A stretch of 61,342 nt of DNA, from positions 1 to 61,342 of IMG/VR virus record IMGVR_UViG_3300036045_000010, one strand, 5' to 3'. Below, piece by piece: positions 1 to 9,805 of the stretch. Source of the stretch: a virus (lineage: Duplodnaviria; Caudoviricetes). Both the position numbers and the translations under genes were made by a program. Position 1 is the stretch's first letter. Every line of letters begins with the position of its first letter. Below the pieces are notes generated by a model. That model was not told the DNA's origin. It was given only the letters and a program-made list of their open reading frames with translations, and ran no database searches.

Positions 1-2
1 TC

Positions 3-158
3 ATCCTGCTGTTCGCCGTCTTGGGCGGCTTCCTCTCCGCCGGACTCGATACATTCGGCTCCGGTGTCCTGCTGAACTACAGCCTCGGCTGCTTCTGCGC
101 AGGGGTCTTCGCCCTTGCCGGCTGGAGCATCTTCCTGTCCTACGAAGAGGAGACCTGA
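3..158 (+). CDS. 3' end of a small membrane protein (partial, runs off the window start)
   Basis: Open frame ILLFAVLGGFLSAGLDTFGSGVLLNYSLGCFCAGVFALAGWSIFLSYEEET* with two hydrophobic stretches. Confidence 0.55.
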   Translation: MLLFAVLGGFLSAGLDTFGSGVLLNYSLGCFCAGVFALAGWSIFLSYEEET

Positions 159-224
159 GAAGGGGGCGATAAACCCCTTCTCCCCTTCCCTCCTCTTCGT
201 TCTTCTCGCCCCAAGGAGTCACCC

Positions 225-1493
225 ATGCCCATGCAGCGCTTCACGCCTGCCGAATACCTGATGATCGACGTCGCCACCTCCTTCGGCCTGGGCAAAACCA
301 CTTGGGACGAACGTCTCGAATGGTTCGCCGCCAACGAACCCGAGCTCGCCCGGCTCGCCGCCATGGGCTCGCCCGGAACCCAGTCTCCGGCGTCCCATTC
401 GCTGATCAAAACGGCGAAGGAGCCGGCGCAGTTCTTCGCCGGCGTCAAGGCCTGGGACCGGGCCCGGCGCGGCGATCCCATCAGCCATCTCGTGCATCTC
501 GACGCCACGGCTTCGGGAGCGCAGCTCCTCTCGATCCTGATCGATTGCTTCAAGTCGGGATCGAACTGCAACCTCGTGGACACCGGCCGTCGAGAGAACC
601 TCTACGAGAACCTCTACCAAGCGATCAGCCAGCGCGCTGGCCAGGACCTCGACGTCAGCGCCGACGCCGCCAAGCTCTCAGTGATGAGCTCGCTCTACGG
701 CTCCAAGCGCCAGCCCCGGCTCGCCTTCGGAACCGGGATCGGGCTTGAAGCGTTCTACGACAGCATGACCGAGGAGCTGCCCGGCGCCTGGGCGCTCAAC
801 GAGGCGCTGATCGACCTTTGGCAGGCCGACGCGCTGAGCCACGACTGGGTACTGCCGGACAACTTCCACGTCCGGATCAAGGTCATGACCCCGATCGTCC
901 ATCCGATCGAGGTCCAGGGCCGCAAGCTCCACGTGACCTCCCTCGTCAACGAGGGCTCCAAGACCGGGCTCTCGCTCGCGGCCAACGTCACCCATGCGGT
1001 GGACGGCATGGTGGTGCGCGAGATGACCCGGCGCTGCTCCTACGATCCCGAGAAGCTCGGCGCGCTCCGCGCCACGCTTGACGAGATCGAACGCACAGGC
1101 ACTTACTCGACCTCGGGCGAACCCAGCCCCGACGCCAAGTTGGTCACCACCCTCTGGAGCCACTACCTGGAATCAGGCTTCCTCTCAGCCCGGATTCTGG
1201 AGCTGCTCGACACCGAAACGCTGCACCTCGTCAACGTCCATGCGATCGCGGCCCTGGTCGCGACGCTGCCGAAGACGCCCTTTCCGCTGCTCTCGATCCA
1301 CGACTCGTTCGCCTGCCACCCCAATTACGCCAACGAGGTGCGGCGACAATACAACCAGGTTCTCCACGACCTGGCCAAGAGCGAGATCCTCGCCTTCGTC
1401 GTCTCCCGGATCACGGGGCGCCCCACCGCCGTCGCCAAGTTCGGCGGCGATCTGGCGAGCCACATCCTGGAAGCCAACTACACGCTCTCCTGA
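225..1493 (+). CDS. N4-like RNA polymerase II subunit 2 (RNAP2, N4 gp16 homolog)
   Basis: T7-family motifs LDATASGAQ and SIHDSFACHP; 422 aa; AGGAG RBS; N4-like context. Confidence 0.92.
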   Translation: MPMQRFTPAEYLMIDVATSFGLGKTTWDERLEWFAANEPELARLAAMGSPGTQSPASHSLIKTAKEPAQFFAGVKAWDRARRGDPISHLVHLDATASGAQLLSILIDCFKSGSNCNLVDTGRRENLYENLYQAISQRAGQDLDVSADAAKLSVMSSLYGSKRQPRLAFGTGIGLEAFYDSMTEELPGAWALNEALIDLWQADALSHDWVLPDNFHVRIKVMTPIVHPIEVQGRKLHVTSLVNEGSKTGLSLAANVTHAVDGMVVREMTRRCSYDPEKLGALRATLDEIERTGTYSTSGEPSPDAKLVTTLWSHYLESGFLSARILELLDTETLHLVNVHAIAALVATLPKTPFPLLSIHDSFACHPNYANEVRRQYNQVLHDLAKSEILAFVVSRITGRPTAVAKFGGDLASHILEANYTLS

Positions 1494-1500
1494 GCTTAAT

Positions 1501-1541
1501 CTCCATATCCTTCGTAAGAGGGGTATGGGGATTTTTTATTT
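1501..1541 (+). terminator. Intrinsic terminator after RNAP2
   Basis: CTCCATATCCTTC-GTAA-GAGGGGTATGGGG stem (with G-U pairs) followed by ATTTTTTATTT. Confidence 0.75.
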
Positions 1542-1795
1542 ATTGAGAAAGAAAGCGAAAAACAATAATTTCTTTTTTCGGTCTATTCTCGTGTGATTTA
1601 ACCTTGCCTGGCCGCAAGAAGGCCCTCGGCGGCTTCCGAAAGTTTCCGCCCAGCGATGCAAGCAGCGATCACATCAGAAGCAACCCAAGGGGCCCTCAAT
1701 GCGAAGACCACGAACCTTCGTGAGGGTGGATAGAGGTCAAACCCTCCTCCTCAAACCCCAAGAGCCGCTGCTTTTTTTTTCAGGAGACTCTCGCC

Positions 1796-1996
1796 ATGCA
1801 CGCCGCCTTCACGCTCTCCGATCCCCCGGAGCTCAGCATCACCGAGACCGTGACGATATCACTCGAAGACGCCGAGCGGATCGTGCGCGCCTACGTGACT
1901 TACACGATGAACTGGGACCCCCAGAACGTCGGGATCGTCACCGACGCCCGCACCGACCAGTTCTTCGTCGTGAGCCACGTCCGGCACCTCGACTAA
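1796..1996 (+). CDS. hypothetical protein
   Basis: AGGAG RBS, phage-like codon usage. Confidence 0.7.
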   Translation: MHAAFTLSDPPELSITETVTISLEDAERIVRAYVTYTMNWDPQNVGIVTDARTDQFFVVSHVRHLD

Positions 1997-2035
1997 ATCG
2001 TATCGACCGCCTCGGTTCTCCAGAAGGAGCCACCC

Positions 2036-2266
2036 ATGGAACCCCTCGATAGGCGCGCCGCGGTCGCCGCCGGAGCCGCCCTGATCCAGGCGGAGCACGA
2101 GCCCCTGCAAGCGGTCCCGACCCTGATCGTCGCCGCGTTGATGCTCGCTCGCCTTCGTGGCGTAGGTTCCGAGGTGATCAAGACCATGATCGACGATCTT
2201 GAGGACGTAGCTGAACTAACCATTCTCGAAACGGTGACGCGGAAACGGCTGAACCATAAAGACTGA
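2036..2266 (+). CDS. hypothetical protein
   Basis: AAGGAG RBS, in tandem with neighbours. Confidence 0.7.
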   Translation: MEPLDRRAAVAAGAALIQAEHEPLQAVPTLIVAALMLARLRGVGSEVIKTMIDDLEDVAELTILETVTRKRLNHKD

Positions 2267-2362
2267 ACACCAAGGCAGTTTTTCTTTTTTGGTTCTTCTT
2301 TCCCCCGGGCGCATGCGCCCGGGTGACGGCCCGATCGCTTTCCAACCCAGGAGCTTCTTCTT

Positions 2363-3427
2363 ATGACCATGCTGACCATGACCCCCGCCGAAGTGCGTCA
2401 GGGCATCATCGACTGCTTTCAGGCCGGAGTGGTCCCCTTCGTCACCTCGAGCCCGGGCATGGGCAAGTCGGCGATCGTCGCCAAGCTCGCCCAGGATTTC
2501 GGCCTCGAGCTCATCGATCTGCGGCTGAGCCAATGCGCTCCCGAGGATCTGATGGGCCTGCCCATGCGCCTCGGCCAGGGCCGGGAGACCAAGGCGATCT
2601 TCGCCCCGTTCGAGACTTTTCCCACCGAGACCACCGAGATCCCCGCGAACAAGAACGGCTGGATCCTCTTTCTCGACGAGATGAACTCGGCGGCGAAAAG
2701 CGTGCAGGCGGCGGCCTACAAGCTCGTGCTCGACCGCATGGTGGGCCAGGCGAAGCTGCATCCCGAGGTCTTCGTGGTGGCCGCCGGCAACCTCACCACC
2801 GACCGAGCGATCGTCAACCCGATGTCGACGGCGATGCAGTCGCGGCTGATCCACATGGAGCTGGCGCTGAGCCACAAGGACTTCATGGACCACGCCGTCG
2901 CCGCCCGGTTCGATTCCCGGGTGCTCGCCTTCCTGGAGTTCCGTCCGGGGCTCCTGCACAAGTTCGACCCCGACCATGTGGACCGGACTTTCCCCTGCCC
3001 GCGGACCTGGGAGTTCGTCTCCAAGCTCATCGACGGCAAGCCCAGCAACAAGATCAACCGCACGCTCGTCGCCGGCGCCGTCGGCGAAGGCGCGGCCGTG
3101 GAATTCGCCACCTTCCTTGAGGTCTATGCGAGCCTGCCCTCCTACGAGGGCATCTGCGCCGATCCCAAGGGCGTCCCCGTGCCCACCAACCCCGGCACGC
3201 TTTACGCGGTCTCCCTGCTCATGGTCGATCGCTTCACCCGCACGAGCTTCCCCCAAGCCGCCATCTTCATCAAGCGCCTACCGCCGGAGCATCAGGTGGT
3301 CTACTGCCGCGGCATCCATCGGCGCGATCCCGAATTCCAACGCAATCCAGACTTCGTCGAGCTGCGCAAGACCTTGGTGCGCTACCTCACCGAAGACGAC
3401 GCCGAGACGAGCATCCTCGTGGCCTGA
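2363..3427 (+). CDS. MoxR-like AAA+ ATPase (N4 gp24 homolog)
   Basis: Walker A SSPGMGKS, Walker B LFLDE, VAAGN sensor, PCPRTW motif. Confidence 0.9.
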   Translation: MTMLTMTPAEVRQGIIDCFQAGVVPFVTSSPGMGKSAIVAKLAQDFGLELIDLRLSQCAPEDLMGLPMRLGQGRETKAIFAPFETFPTETTEIPANKNGWILFLDEMNSAAKSVQAAAYKLVLDRMVGQAKLHPEVFVVAAGNLTTDRAIVNPMSTAMQSRLIHMELALSHKDFMDHAVAARFDSRVLAFLEFRPGLLHKFDPDHVDRTFPCPRTWEFVSKLIDGKPSNKINRTLVAGAVGEGAAVEFATFLEVYASLPSYEGICADPKGVPVPTNPGTLYAVSLLMVDRFTRTSFPQAAIFIKRLPPEHQVVYCRGIHRRDPEFQRNPDFVELRKTLVRYLTEDDAETSILVA

Positions 3428-3501
3428 CGGCCGCGGGACCCCAAACTTAACCGAAGAACACGCTCAAAACGCCAGCGTTGAAGCCGAAGGGAGATAGGAA
3501 C

Positions 3502-3747
3502 ATGGCCGCAAAACTATGGGACTTAAGCGAGCCGCAGGAGCGCGTCGCGGTTGCCATGTGGCAAGCAGAAGCTGTTCGAATCGGACCGCCATCCGTAGCG
3601 CGCTGCCGAACTCGCGAAACGTTCCGAGATGAGAGCAATGACACGCGTCATCTTTGGCTCGAGCGTGCGGCGGTTGCAATCGATGCTCTCCTGTCCCCGG
3701 CCAAGATCGACGAGGGCGTCGACTCCGACGTCGCCGCGGGGGTGTGA
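3502..3747 (+). CDS. hypothetical protein
   Basis: ATG 3502 after a purine-rich RBS. Confidence 0.55.
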   Translation: MAAKLWDLSEPQERVAVAMWQAEAVRIGPPSVARCRTRETFRDESNDTRHLWLERAAVAIDALLSPAKIDEGVDSDVAAGV

Positions 3748-3946
3748 TCACGAAGGAAAAACGCTTCGCGAGCCGCGCCGACGTTTTACGTGATCTACGT
3801 TGACGGCGAGGAGCGCAACCTCGGCGCCCGGAGCTGGACCAGCTACACCCTCGCTAACGAGATCCAGAAATTCCTCACCGCAACATCGCCTAGTACGACT
3901 CAAGGGGATAACTCATGCTAGTCGACCGCGCAGGAGACTCAACGCC

Positions 3947-4168
3947 ATGAGCATCTACGACGACGTCTTGCAATTCTACTGGGAAGAGTTCCAGGGGTCC
4001 TACTGGACTCCTGTCGCCGCTCCCGATCGTCCCGCCGTCAAGAACGGCCGACTCCATTCTCAGAGCAACGGTGTCGGCTCCGAGATCCGCAACCTGCGAG
4101 AGATCGCCCCCGAGCACCGGAAATTTCCCCTGGACGCGCTCCAGGCCGTCTACGGAACGCGGCCGTGA
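3947..4168 (+). CDS. hypothetical protein
   Basis: AGGAG RBS before ATG 3947; GTGA overlap with the next gene. Confidence 0.65.
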   Translation: MSIYDDVLQFYWEEFQGSYWTPVAAPDRPAVKNGRLHSQSNGVGSEIRNLREIAPEHRKFPLDALQAVYGTRP

Positions 4169-4554
4169 GCTTCCAGAACGCTACCAACCGCGGTCGCGTC
4201 GAGAAGATGCTCGAGTTCCTCGACTTGATCGAGAAATCGGCCGTCGCCAACAAGACCCCGACCACCGACGTCCAGGACCTGCTTAGGCCCGTGCTGGACC
4301 GGCTCTACGGCTCCGAGCCCGCCGTCCTGGCGGCCCTGGCGCCCGTGGCCGTCCAGGACGCGCCTAGCGCCGCGCAGGCCCTGCCGAAGCCCGGCAGCCA
4401 CGCGCTGCGCAACACGATCCGCGAGCTCGCCGAGACAGCCGAGCTTCAGGAGCTCGGCGTCGCAATGGCGGTCTACGCCACCCGCATCGACACAGCGCTC
4501 GATGCGCTGCGCCGCCAGCCCCGATCCGCCCCTGATCCGAAGGAGCCCGAGTGA
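4165..4554 (+). CDS. hypothetical protein
   Basis: Start/stop overlaps with both neighbours. Confidence 0.7.
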   Translation: MSFQNATNRGRVEKMLEFLDLIEKSAVANKTPTTDVQDLLRPVLDRLYGSEPAVLAALAPVAVQDAPSAAQALPKPGSHALRNTIRELAETAELQELGVAMAVYATRIDTALDALRRQPRSAPDPKEPE

Positions 4555-4772
4555 TGCCCCGGTTCAAGATCCACGTCCGACAGTACGTCGAGGAGGTCGC
4601 CTACATCTACGTCGAGGCCGAGACGCCCGAGGCGGCGATCGCCAAGGCCTCCGAGGGCGACCTACGCGACCTCTGCGACGACGCCAACACCTGGGCAAAC
4701 GGCGGCGACGCCCTGGACGCCGAGATCTACTCTGTGCTCGACGCGGACGGAAACGAAGTGTGGGCGCGATGA
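4551..4772 (+). CDS. small acidic hypothetical protein (similar to 11253..11456)
   Basis: AAGGAG RBS; N-terminus MPRFKIHVRQYVEEVAYIYVEAET. Confidence 0.7.
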   Translation: MMPRFKIHVRQYVEEVAYIYVEAETPEAAIAKASEGDLRDLCDDANTWANGGDALDAEIYSVLDADGNEVWAR

Positions 4773-5041
4773 CCGTCCGCAAGTTCCTCGACATCTCCAC
4801 CACCCACGCCCCGAACGAAGCGGCCCTTGACGACGTGCTCGAGCGCTTCGGCAAGGGCCGCTACGACGACGTCGGCGGCTGGGTCTACGTGCGCGACCCG
4901 AACCAGCGGGGGTACTGGACCCAGTCCTATCCCGACTGGCTGAGCGTCATCTGCGCCAAAGCGCATGAGCTCGGCTGCGACTACATTCTCTTGAACCGCG
5001 ACGCCGACCAGCGCGCCGACCTGCCAACCTGGGAGTGGTGA
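4769..5041 (+). CDS. hypothetical protein (MTVRKFLDISTTH...LPTWEW)
   Basis: ATGA overlap with the upstream ORF. Confidence 0.7.
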   Translation: MTVRKFLDISTTHAPNEAALDDVLERFGKGRYDDVGGWVYVRDPNQRGYWTQSYPDWLSVICAKAHELGCDYILLNRDADQRADLPTWEW

Positions 5042-5192
5042 GGATGCCCACGTCGAGTGGTGCGCGGCGGTCAACGCCGAATGCCCCAAATACAGGGCCA
5101 CCTTCGGGCCCACCACCTGGGAGCATCTTTCATGACCGCCGCCTAGCGCGTCTATGTCCTCGACGAGCGCCTCCCATACAAGGACAGTTTTC

Positions 5193-6389
5193 ATGCCCAA
5201 CGCCCCTTGGGACGGCACGCCGGTCCCCGAACTTTCTGCGCTCGATCGCATGTTTTCCAAGACCAAGGGCCAGATCTTCCTGCACGGCAAGGCCTCGGGT
5301 TTTCTCGGCTCGCTGCTCTGCTCCCATCGTTTCGTCTGGGACGAGGAGCATTTCACCGTCTGGTGCAATGGCGAGACCATTGCTTTCAACCCGCGTTTCT
5401 TTCTCTGGCTGAAGCCGGAAAGCAGGCTCACCGTTTTGGCTCACGAGCTTCTACACACGGCTTTCGATCACATGGGCCGCCGCGGTGATCGCTGTCCGGA
5501 CTACTGGAACCAGGCGGTCGACCACGTGGTCAACAACCTCCTGGTCGACTGGGGCTTTGACTTTTCCCAGCTCATGGGGATCAACCCCTGCCTCGACCGC
5601 AAGTACGCCGACATGACCTCCGAAGAGGTTTACGCTCTGCTCGGCCCGCCGCCCGGCGGCGGCGGCTCGGGACAGGCTGGCGCTTCGGGTCCCGGCAGCC
5701 CTACCCTCGATCCGTCGAATCCGATGCACGGCGACGTGCGCAACCCCCCAAATTCCACCGCGGCCGCCGACGTCAAGGCCAAACAAGTCGCGGCGATCCA
5801 GGCCGCGCAGATGGCCAAGGAGGCCGGTGATCTTCCCGGCGAGATCGTCCTTCTCGTGGAGAAGTTCCTCAACCCGATCCTGCCCTGGGAGAAGCTGCTT
5901 GCGCGCTTCTACACGGATCTCTCTAAGAACGACTTCTCCTGGAAGCGACCCTCGCGGCGCTACGAGGACGAGTACCTGCCCTCCCTCGACGGGGACAACC
6001 GTCTCGAGCACCTGATCTACTACATGGACGTCTCGGGCTCGGTCTCGGACGACGAGATCCTGCGCTTCTTCTCGGAGGTGAAACACATCCACGCCGAGCA
6101 TCAGCCGCGCAAGATCACCCTCGTCACCTTCGATGAGATGATCCAGAACGAGCTGGAGCTCGCCTGGGACGATCCGTTCGACAAGATCGAGATCACGGGC
6201 CGGGGCGGCACGTCGCTCAACCCGGTCTACCAGCACATCCTGGACCATCGCCCGACGGCCGCGATCATCTTCTCCGATCTGATCTGTCACCCGATGAAAC
6301 GCGATCCACGCTCGCCGTTGCTCTGGGTCGTTGTCAACAACAAGGCTGCCAAGGTTTATCATGGACAGAAGATCCACATCAACGTGTGA
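5193..6389 (+). CDS. metallopeptidase-like/vWA domain protein (N4 gp25 homolog)
   Basis: HExxH (AHELLH), Gly-rich linker, MIDAS DVSGS and GRGGT; usual partner of the gp24 AAA ATPase. Confidence 0.88.
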   Translation: MPNAPWDGTPVPELSALDRMFSKTKGQIFLHGKASGFLGSLLCSHRFVWDEEHFTVWCNGETIAFNPRFFLWLKPESRLTVLAHELLHTAFDHMGRRGDRCPDYWNQAVDHVVNNLLVDWGFDFSQLMGINPCLDRKYADMTSEEVYALLGPPPGGGGSGQAGASGPGSPTLDPSNPMHGDVRNPPNSTAAADVKAKQVAAIQAAQMAKEAGDLPGEIVLLVEKFLNPILPWEKLLARFYTDLSKNDFSWKRPSRRYEDEYLPSLDGDNRLEHLIYYMDVSGSVSDDEILRFFSEVKHIHAEHQPRKITLVTFDEMIQNELELAWDDPFDKIEITGRGGTSLNPVYQHILDHRPTAAIIFSDLICHPMKRDPRSPLLWVVVNNKAAKVYHGQKIHINV

Positions 6390-6530
6390 CCGACCCTCCG
6401 CATCACCGCGTTACGCCGATTTCGGTTGGGAGCTGTTTTTGGACGCCCTGGCGCAGCGCAATCCCGACGCGCTGGATCAGGGCCTTCAAATCATGGCCCG
6501 TGCCACCCGACCTACGGAGGACGACCTGCG

Positions 6531-6734
6531 ATGAGCACGCACATGATCGGCGTCAACACCGCCAACGCGCTGGCCAAGCGCATCGGCGCCTATGCCCAGA
6601 TCCATGGCGACCGGCTGCGTATCATGAAAGACGGCGTCGAGCTCGGCAGCACCCTGCTCGACGACGACAGCTTCGTCTCGCGGCATGCGATCGAGATGAT
6701 CATTAACAACGCCGTCCAGGAACCACAGCGGTAA
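6531..6734 (+). CDS. hypothetical protein
   Basis: GGAGG RBS before ATG 6531. Confidence 0.6.
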   Translation: MSTHMIGVNTANALAKRIGAYAQIHGDRLRIMKDGVELGSTLLDDDSFVSRHAIEMIINNAVQEPQR

Positions 6735-6793
6735 CCGGCCCTTACGCCTGTATTTCCAAATACAGGTTTCGCCCCATCCCGGAGAAACTCGCC

Positions 6794-6982
6794 ATGTCCC
6801 CTGCCCCACACTTTTTTCGGACCCTGGCTCTCTTCTTCGTGACGTTGGTGATCGTCTGGCATCTCGGCGCCCTCGGCGCCGAGATGACCCATCTTGCCAA
6901 GTCCCACGCCAATGCGGTATGGAGCGAAAGGCAAACCGAACCACACCACAGCACTTCCAGCGATTGGGATGTCCGGCCATGA
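6794..6982 (+). CDS. small putative membrane protein
   Basis: GGAG RBS, hydrophobic N-terminus, ATGA overlap with dcd. Confidence 0.45.
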   Translation: MSPAPHFFRTLALFFVTLVIVWHLGALGAEMTHLAKSHANAVWSERQTEPHHSTSSDWDVRP

Positions 6983-7494
6983 TCGTCAACCGCCACGAGC
7001 TCGTTCTCAAGTCCCCGATCAAGGACATGAGCTTCACCAAGAACAAGGCCCACGGGGTTTCCTGGGGCCTCTCGGAGGCGGGCTACGACATCCGGATCCG
7101 GCAGAGCGTCACCTTCGATCGCTGGAATCCCCGCTCCAACGCCATGCACGTCAAGACCCAGCAGGGCGAAGACGACGTCGAAATCCGCCGCGGCCGCTTC
7201 GTGCTTGCCTCCTCCATGGAGGAGTTCGTCATGCCCCAGGACCTCGTCGGCGTCGTCCACGACAAGTCGACCTGGGCGCGGCAGGGGCTCTCGGTTTTCA
7301 ACACCGTGATCGAACCCGGCTGGTCGGGCGGACTCACCCTCGAGCTCGTCTATCACGGCCAGAGCCGGCTCCACGTCCCCGCCGGCGCCGGCATCGCCCA
7401 GGTCCTCTTCTCGCGGGTGCAGGTGCCCGCCGCCTATGCCGGCAAGTACCAGGACCAGTCCACCGACCCCGTCCCCGCCATTCTCGAGGTGTGA
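6979..7494 (+). CDS. dcd: dCTP deaminase (N4 gp26-like)
   Basis: GYDIR, HDKSTWARQG, IEPGWSG.LTLE, YAGKYQDQ motifs. Confidence 0.9.
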   Translation: MIVNRHELVLKSPIKDMSFTKNKAHGVSWGLSEAGYDIRIRQSVTFDRWNPRSNAMHVKTQQGEDDVEIRRGRFVLASSMEEFVMPQDLVGVVHDKSTWARQGLSVFNTVIEPGWSGGLTLELVYHGQSRLHVPAGAGIAQVLFSRVQVPAAYAGKYQDQSTDPVPAILEV

Positions 7495-7499
7495 TTCCC

Positions 7500-8006
7500 A
7501 TGGTCGACTTCGTCATCGACATCGACGGCACCTTGGCCGACGCCAGCCACCGCCTGCACTGGATTCAGGACCCCGCTTACTGGGACACCTCCAAAACGCC
7601 GCCGCGCCCCAATTGGAGCGAATTCCTCGACGAGGCTCGTGTCGGGCTCGACGCAGACAACACCGTCGTCTGGAAGGTGATGGCGGCGTTCTGGAAGAGC
7701 GTCTGGCCCAATGGACGGGGCATCTTCATCACGGGCCGCAACGAGAATCAGCGAAAGATGACGCGGACCTGGCTCCAGTACACCTCTCGGCCGTTCGGCC
7801 TACACGAGCAAGTATCGTGGGCACCTCTCTACATGCGCGCCGACGGCGACCGGCGTCCCTCCGACGTGGTCAAGGGCGAGCTGCTCGATCAGGCCCGAGC
7901 CGACGGCTACGACCCTATCCTCGCCTTCGAGGATCGCAAAACCGACGCCGCCATGTGGCGTGCCAAGGGCCTGACCTGCTTTCACGTCGCCGAAGGGGAT
8001 TACTGA
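7500..8006 (+). CDS. HAD-family phosphatase (PNK 3'-phosphatase-like)
   Basis: DIDGTLAD, ITGR, MR..GD.R...VK and FEDR motifs. Confidence 0.85.
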   Translation: MVDFVIDIDGTLADASHRLHWIQDPAYWDTSKTPPRPNWSEFLDEARVGLDADNTVVWKVMAAFWKSVWPNGRGIFITGRNENQRKMTRTWLQYTSRPFGLHEQVSWAPLYMRADGDRRPSDVVKGELLDQARADGYDPILAFEDRKTDAAMWRAKGLTCFHVAEGDY

Positions 8007-8044
8007 CTTTACAGGCAGCAATCCCAATTCAAGTAGATATCTAA

Positions 8045-8215
8045 ATGCCCGACCACGAACTCGCTCAGGCCATAAAAGAGGCGTGGGAAACTTTCGTTAA
8101 TCTCTCAAAGAACGCGAAAACTCAGCGCATTCAGGTGGAACTGAAAAGATTTTCTGTTTCAGCTCCGCTGGACGACCCGAACTACTTTGTCATGAGCGTC
8201 ACCAAAAGGTTCTGA
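8045..8215 (+). CDS. small hypothetical protein (56 aa, lower GC)
   Basis: ORF MPDHELAQAIKEAWETF... fills the gap before thyX. Confidence 0.45.
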   Translation: MPDHELAQAIKEAWETFVNLSKNAKTQRIQVELKRFSVSAPLDDPNYFVMSVTKRF

Positions 8216-8219
8216 ACCA

Positions 8220-9077
8220 ATGACCATTACCGCCAAGAGCATTCTCTCCTCCCGCAACCAGACCACCGGCGTGCGCATCGACACGATGTTGTTGCGCTAC
8301 CCGCGGTTCATCCATGCGGAGTTCATGACGCACCGGGTGTTCTCGCGCAACGCCAGCTCCTCGCGGGCGATTCCGGTCGAGCGCCTGATCCAAGACGTGA
8401 TCGACAACACGGCGATGCCGATCCACTGGGGTAAAAACCAGCCCGGGATGCAGGCGCGAGAGGAGCATGACGCGTCGGTGCGACTCTACATCGGAGACGA
8501 TGAAGATCGGACGCCCGTGGAGGACGAATTTGAACGGCACACGGCTTGGGACTTCGCCCGGGACAACGCCATCAACGTCGCCCGTGCTTTTGCCGCTGCC
8601 GGCTACCACAAGCAGATCGTCAACCGGCTGCTCGAGCCCTTCTCCCACATCAACGTCGTGGTCACCGCGACCGAATGGGAGAACTTCTTCAAGCTCCGCG
8701 ATCACGAGGACGCCCAGCCGGAAATCCGCGCGCTCGCCCAGGCAATGAAAGCGGCGATGAAAGCGGCGACAGTGCAGGCGCTCTCTCCTGGCGAATGGCA
8801 CATACCCTTCATCACGTCTCAGGACCAAATCGACGTTCCCGAGCGCGATCTGCGTCTCGTCTCTGCCGCTCGCGCAGCCCGGACGTCCTATCTCGCCCAC
8901 GACGGGCGCAAGCCCGTTCTCAAAGAGGATCTGGCTCTGGCCCGGAAGCTTCTCTCGGCCGTGCCCATGCACGCCTCCCCGTTCGAGCACCAAGCCATGG
9001 CCATGAAGGACTATCGTTACTGGGCCAACTTCCGCAGCTGGCGTCAGCAGCGCTGGGATCTGGAGAACCCGGCATGA
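8220..9077 (+). CDS. thyX: FAD-dependent thymidylate synthase ThyX
   Basis: EFMTHRVFSRNASSSRAIP, AQPEIR and HASPFEHQA motifs. Confidence 0.92.
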   Translation: MTITAKSILSSRNQTTGVRIDTMLLRYPRFIHAEFMTHRVFSRNASSSRAIPVERLIQDVIDNTAMPIHWGKNQPGMQAREEHDASVRLYIGDDEDRTPVEDEFERHTAWDFARDNAINVARAFAAAGYHKQIVNRLLEPFSHINVVVTATEWENFFKLRDHEDAQPEIRALAQAMKAAMKAATVQALSPGEWHIPFITSQDQIDVPERDLRLVSAARAARTSYLAHDGRKPVLKEDLALARKLLSAVPMHASPFEHQAMAMKDYRYWANFRSWRQQRWDLENPA

Positions 9078-9176
9078 ACCCTCTCATGTTGATCTTCCTC
9101 AACCCGTTGTTCTGGCAGAAGCTCTTCCAGGCAAGTCTTCCGATACGCGCAGCGGCTCCGCAGGAGGGACAGAGCG

Positions 9177-9452
9177 ATGGGTGAGTGGAAGCCGATCGAT
9201 ACCGCGCCAAGGGATGGGACCTGGATCGTCTTGGGCAAGGCCAACTGGCTCTTGTTCCCCAAGGCAAAATGGGGACCCTTCGGACCCGGAGAGGACGGTC
9301 CCTTTGATGGGTGGTTGTTCGCGGAAGAACACACCCCCTGCATTGTGCCCAATGTGGACGGCGAGCCGTTTCTCGGCTGGCAGGAAGACATCGACGACGC
9401 GAACATGCCGACGCATTGGATGCCTCTTCCTCCCGAGGACATCGCTCTATGA
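9177..9452 (+). CDS. DUF551-like phage protein
   Basis: WKPIDTAPRDGT ... PTHWMPLPP signature. Confidence 0.75.
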   Translation: MGEWKPIDTAPRDGTWIVLGKANWLLFPKAKWGPFGPGEDGPFDGWLFAEEHTPCIVPNVDGEPFLGWQEDIDDANMPTHWMPLPPEDIAL

Positions 9453-9658
9453 CCGCCATCTACACGATCCGCGTCGATGATGCGATCGAAGGCTCGATCG
9501 CCTACCCGACCTTGCGCGAGGCTCGTGAGGCGCAACGTGCCTTCGGAGTCGACGGTCCGATCTCGCGCATCCAAATCGGCAAGATCCCGCTCCGCCGGCT
9601 GCTCTGCGCCCTCTACAACCGCGAGGGCTTCGCCGCCAAGCAGGAGGAAGCGCCATAG
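9449..9658 (+). CDS. hypothetical protein
   Basis: ATGA overlap with the upstream gene. Confidence 0.65.
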   Translation: MTAIYTIRVDDAIEGSIAYPTLREAREAQRAFGVDGPISRIQIGKIPLRRLLCALYNREGFAAKQEEAP

Positions 9659-9768
9659 CATCTCCCAGCCGGCGGTGGTGCCATAACACCGGCAGCGATG
9701 GGGCGGCAGGATCGTCATACGCCTGGCTCCTTCCCGGCCCTTCTCACGGGTCCGCCTGACGTCGCAAC

Positions 9769-9805
9769 TATGATAGATCCGGGGGAGCGGGCCCCGGATC
9801 TATCA
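9769..9805. promoter_or_regulatory. Rep operator: inverted repeat of the iteron core upstream of rep
   Basis: TGATAGATCCGGGG-N7-CCCCGGATCTATCA; 9769-9784 is the exact reverse complement of the first 16 bp of iteron 1; overlaps a TATGAT -10-like hexamer. Confidence 0.8.

Noticed and set aside
157-182. vRNAP hairpin promoter
   Set aside because: 9-bp stem with an 8-nt loop does not match the short stem, 3-nt loop N4 promoter; more likely a terminator or stabiliser.
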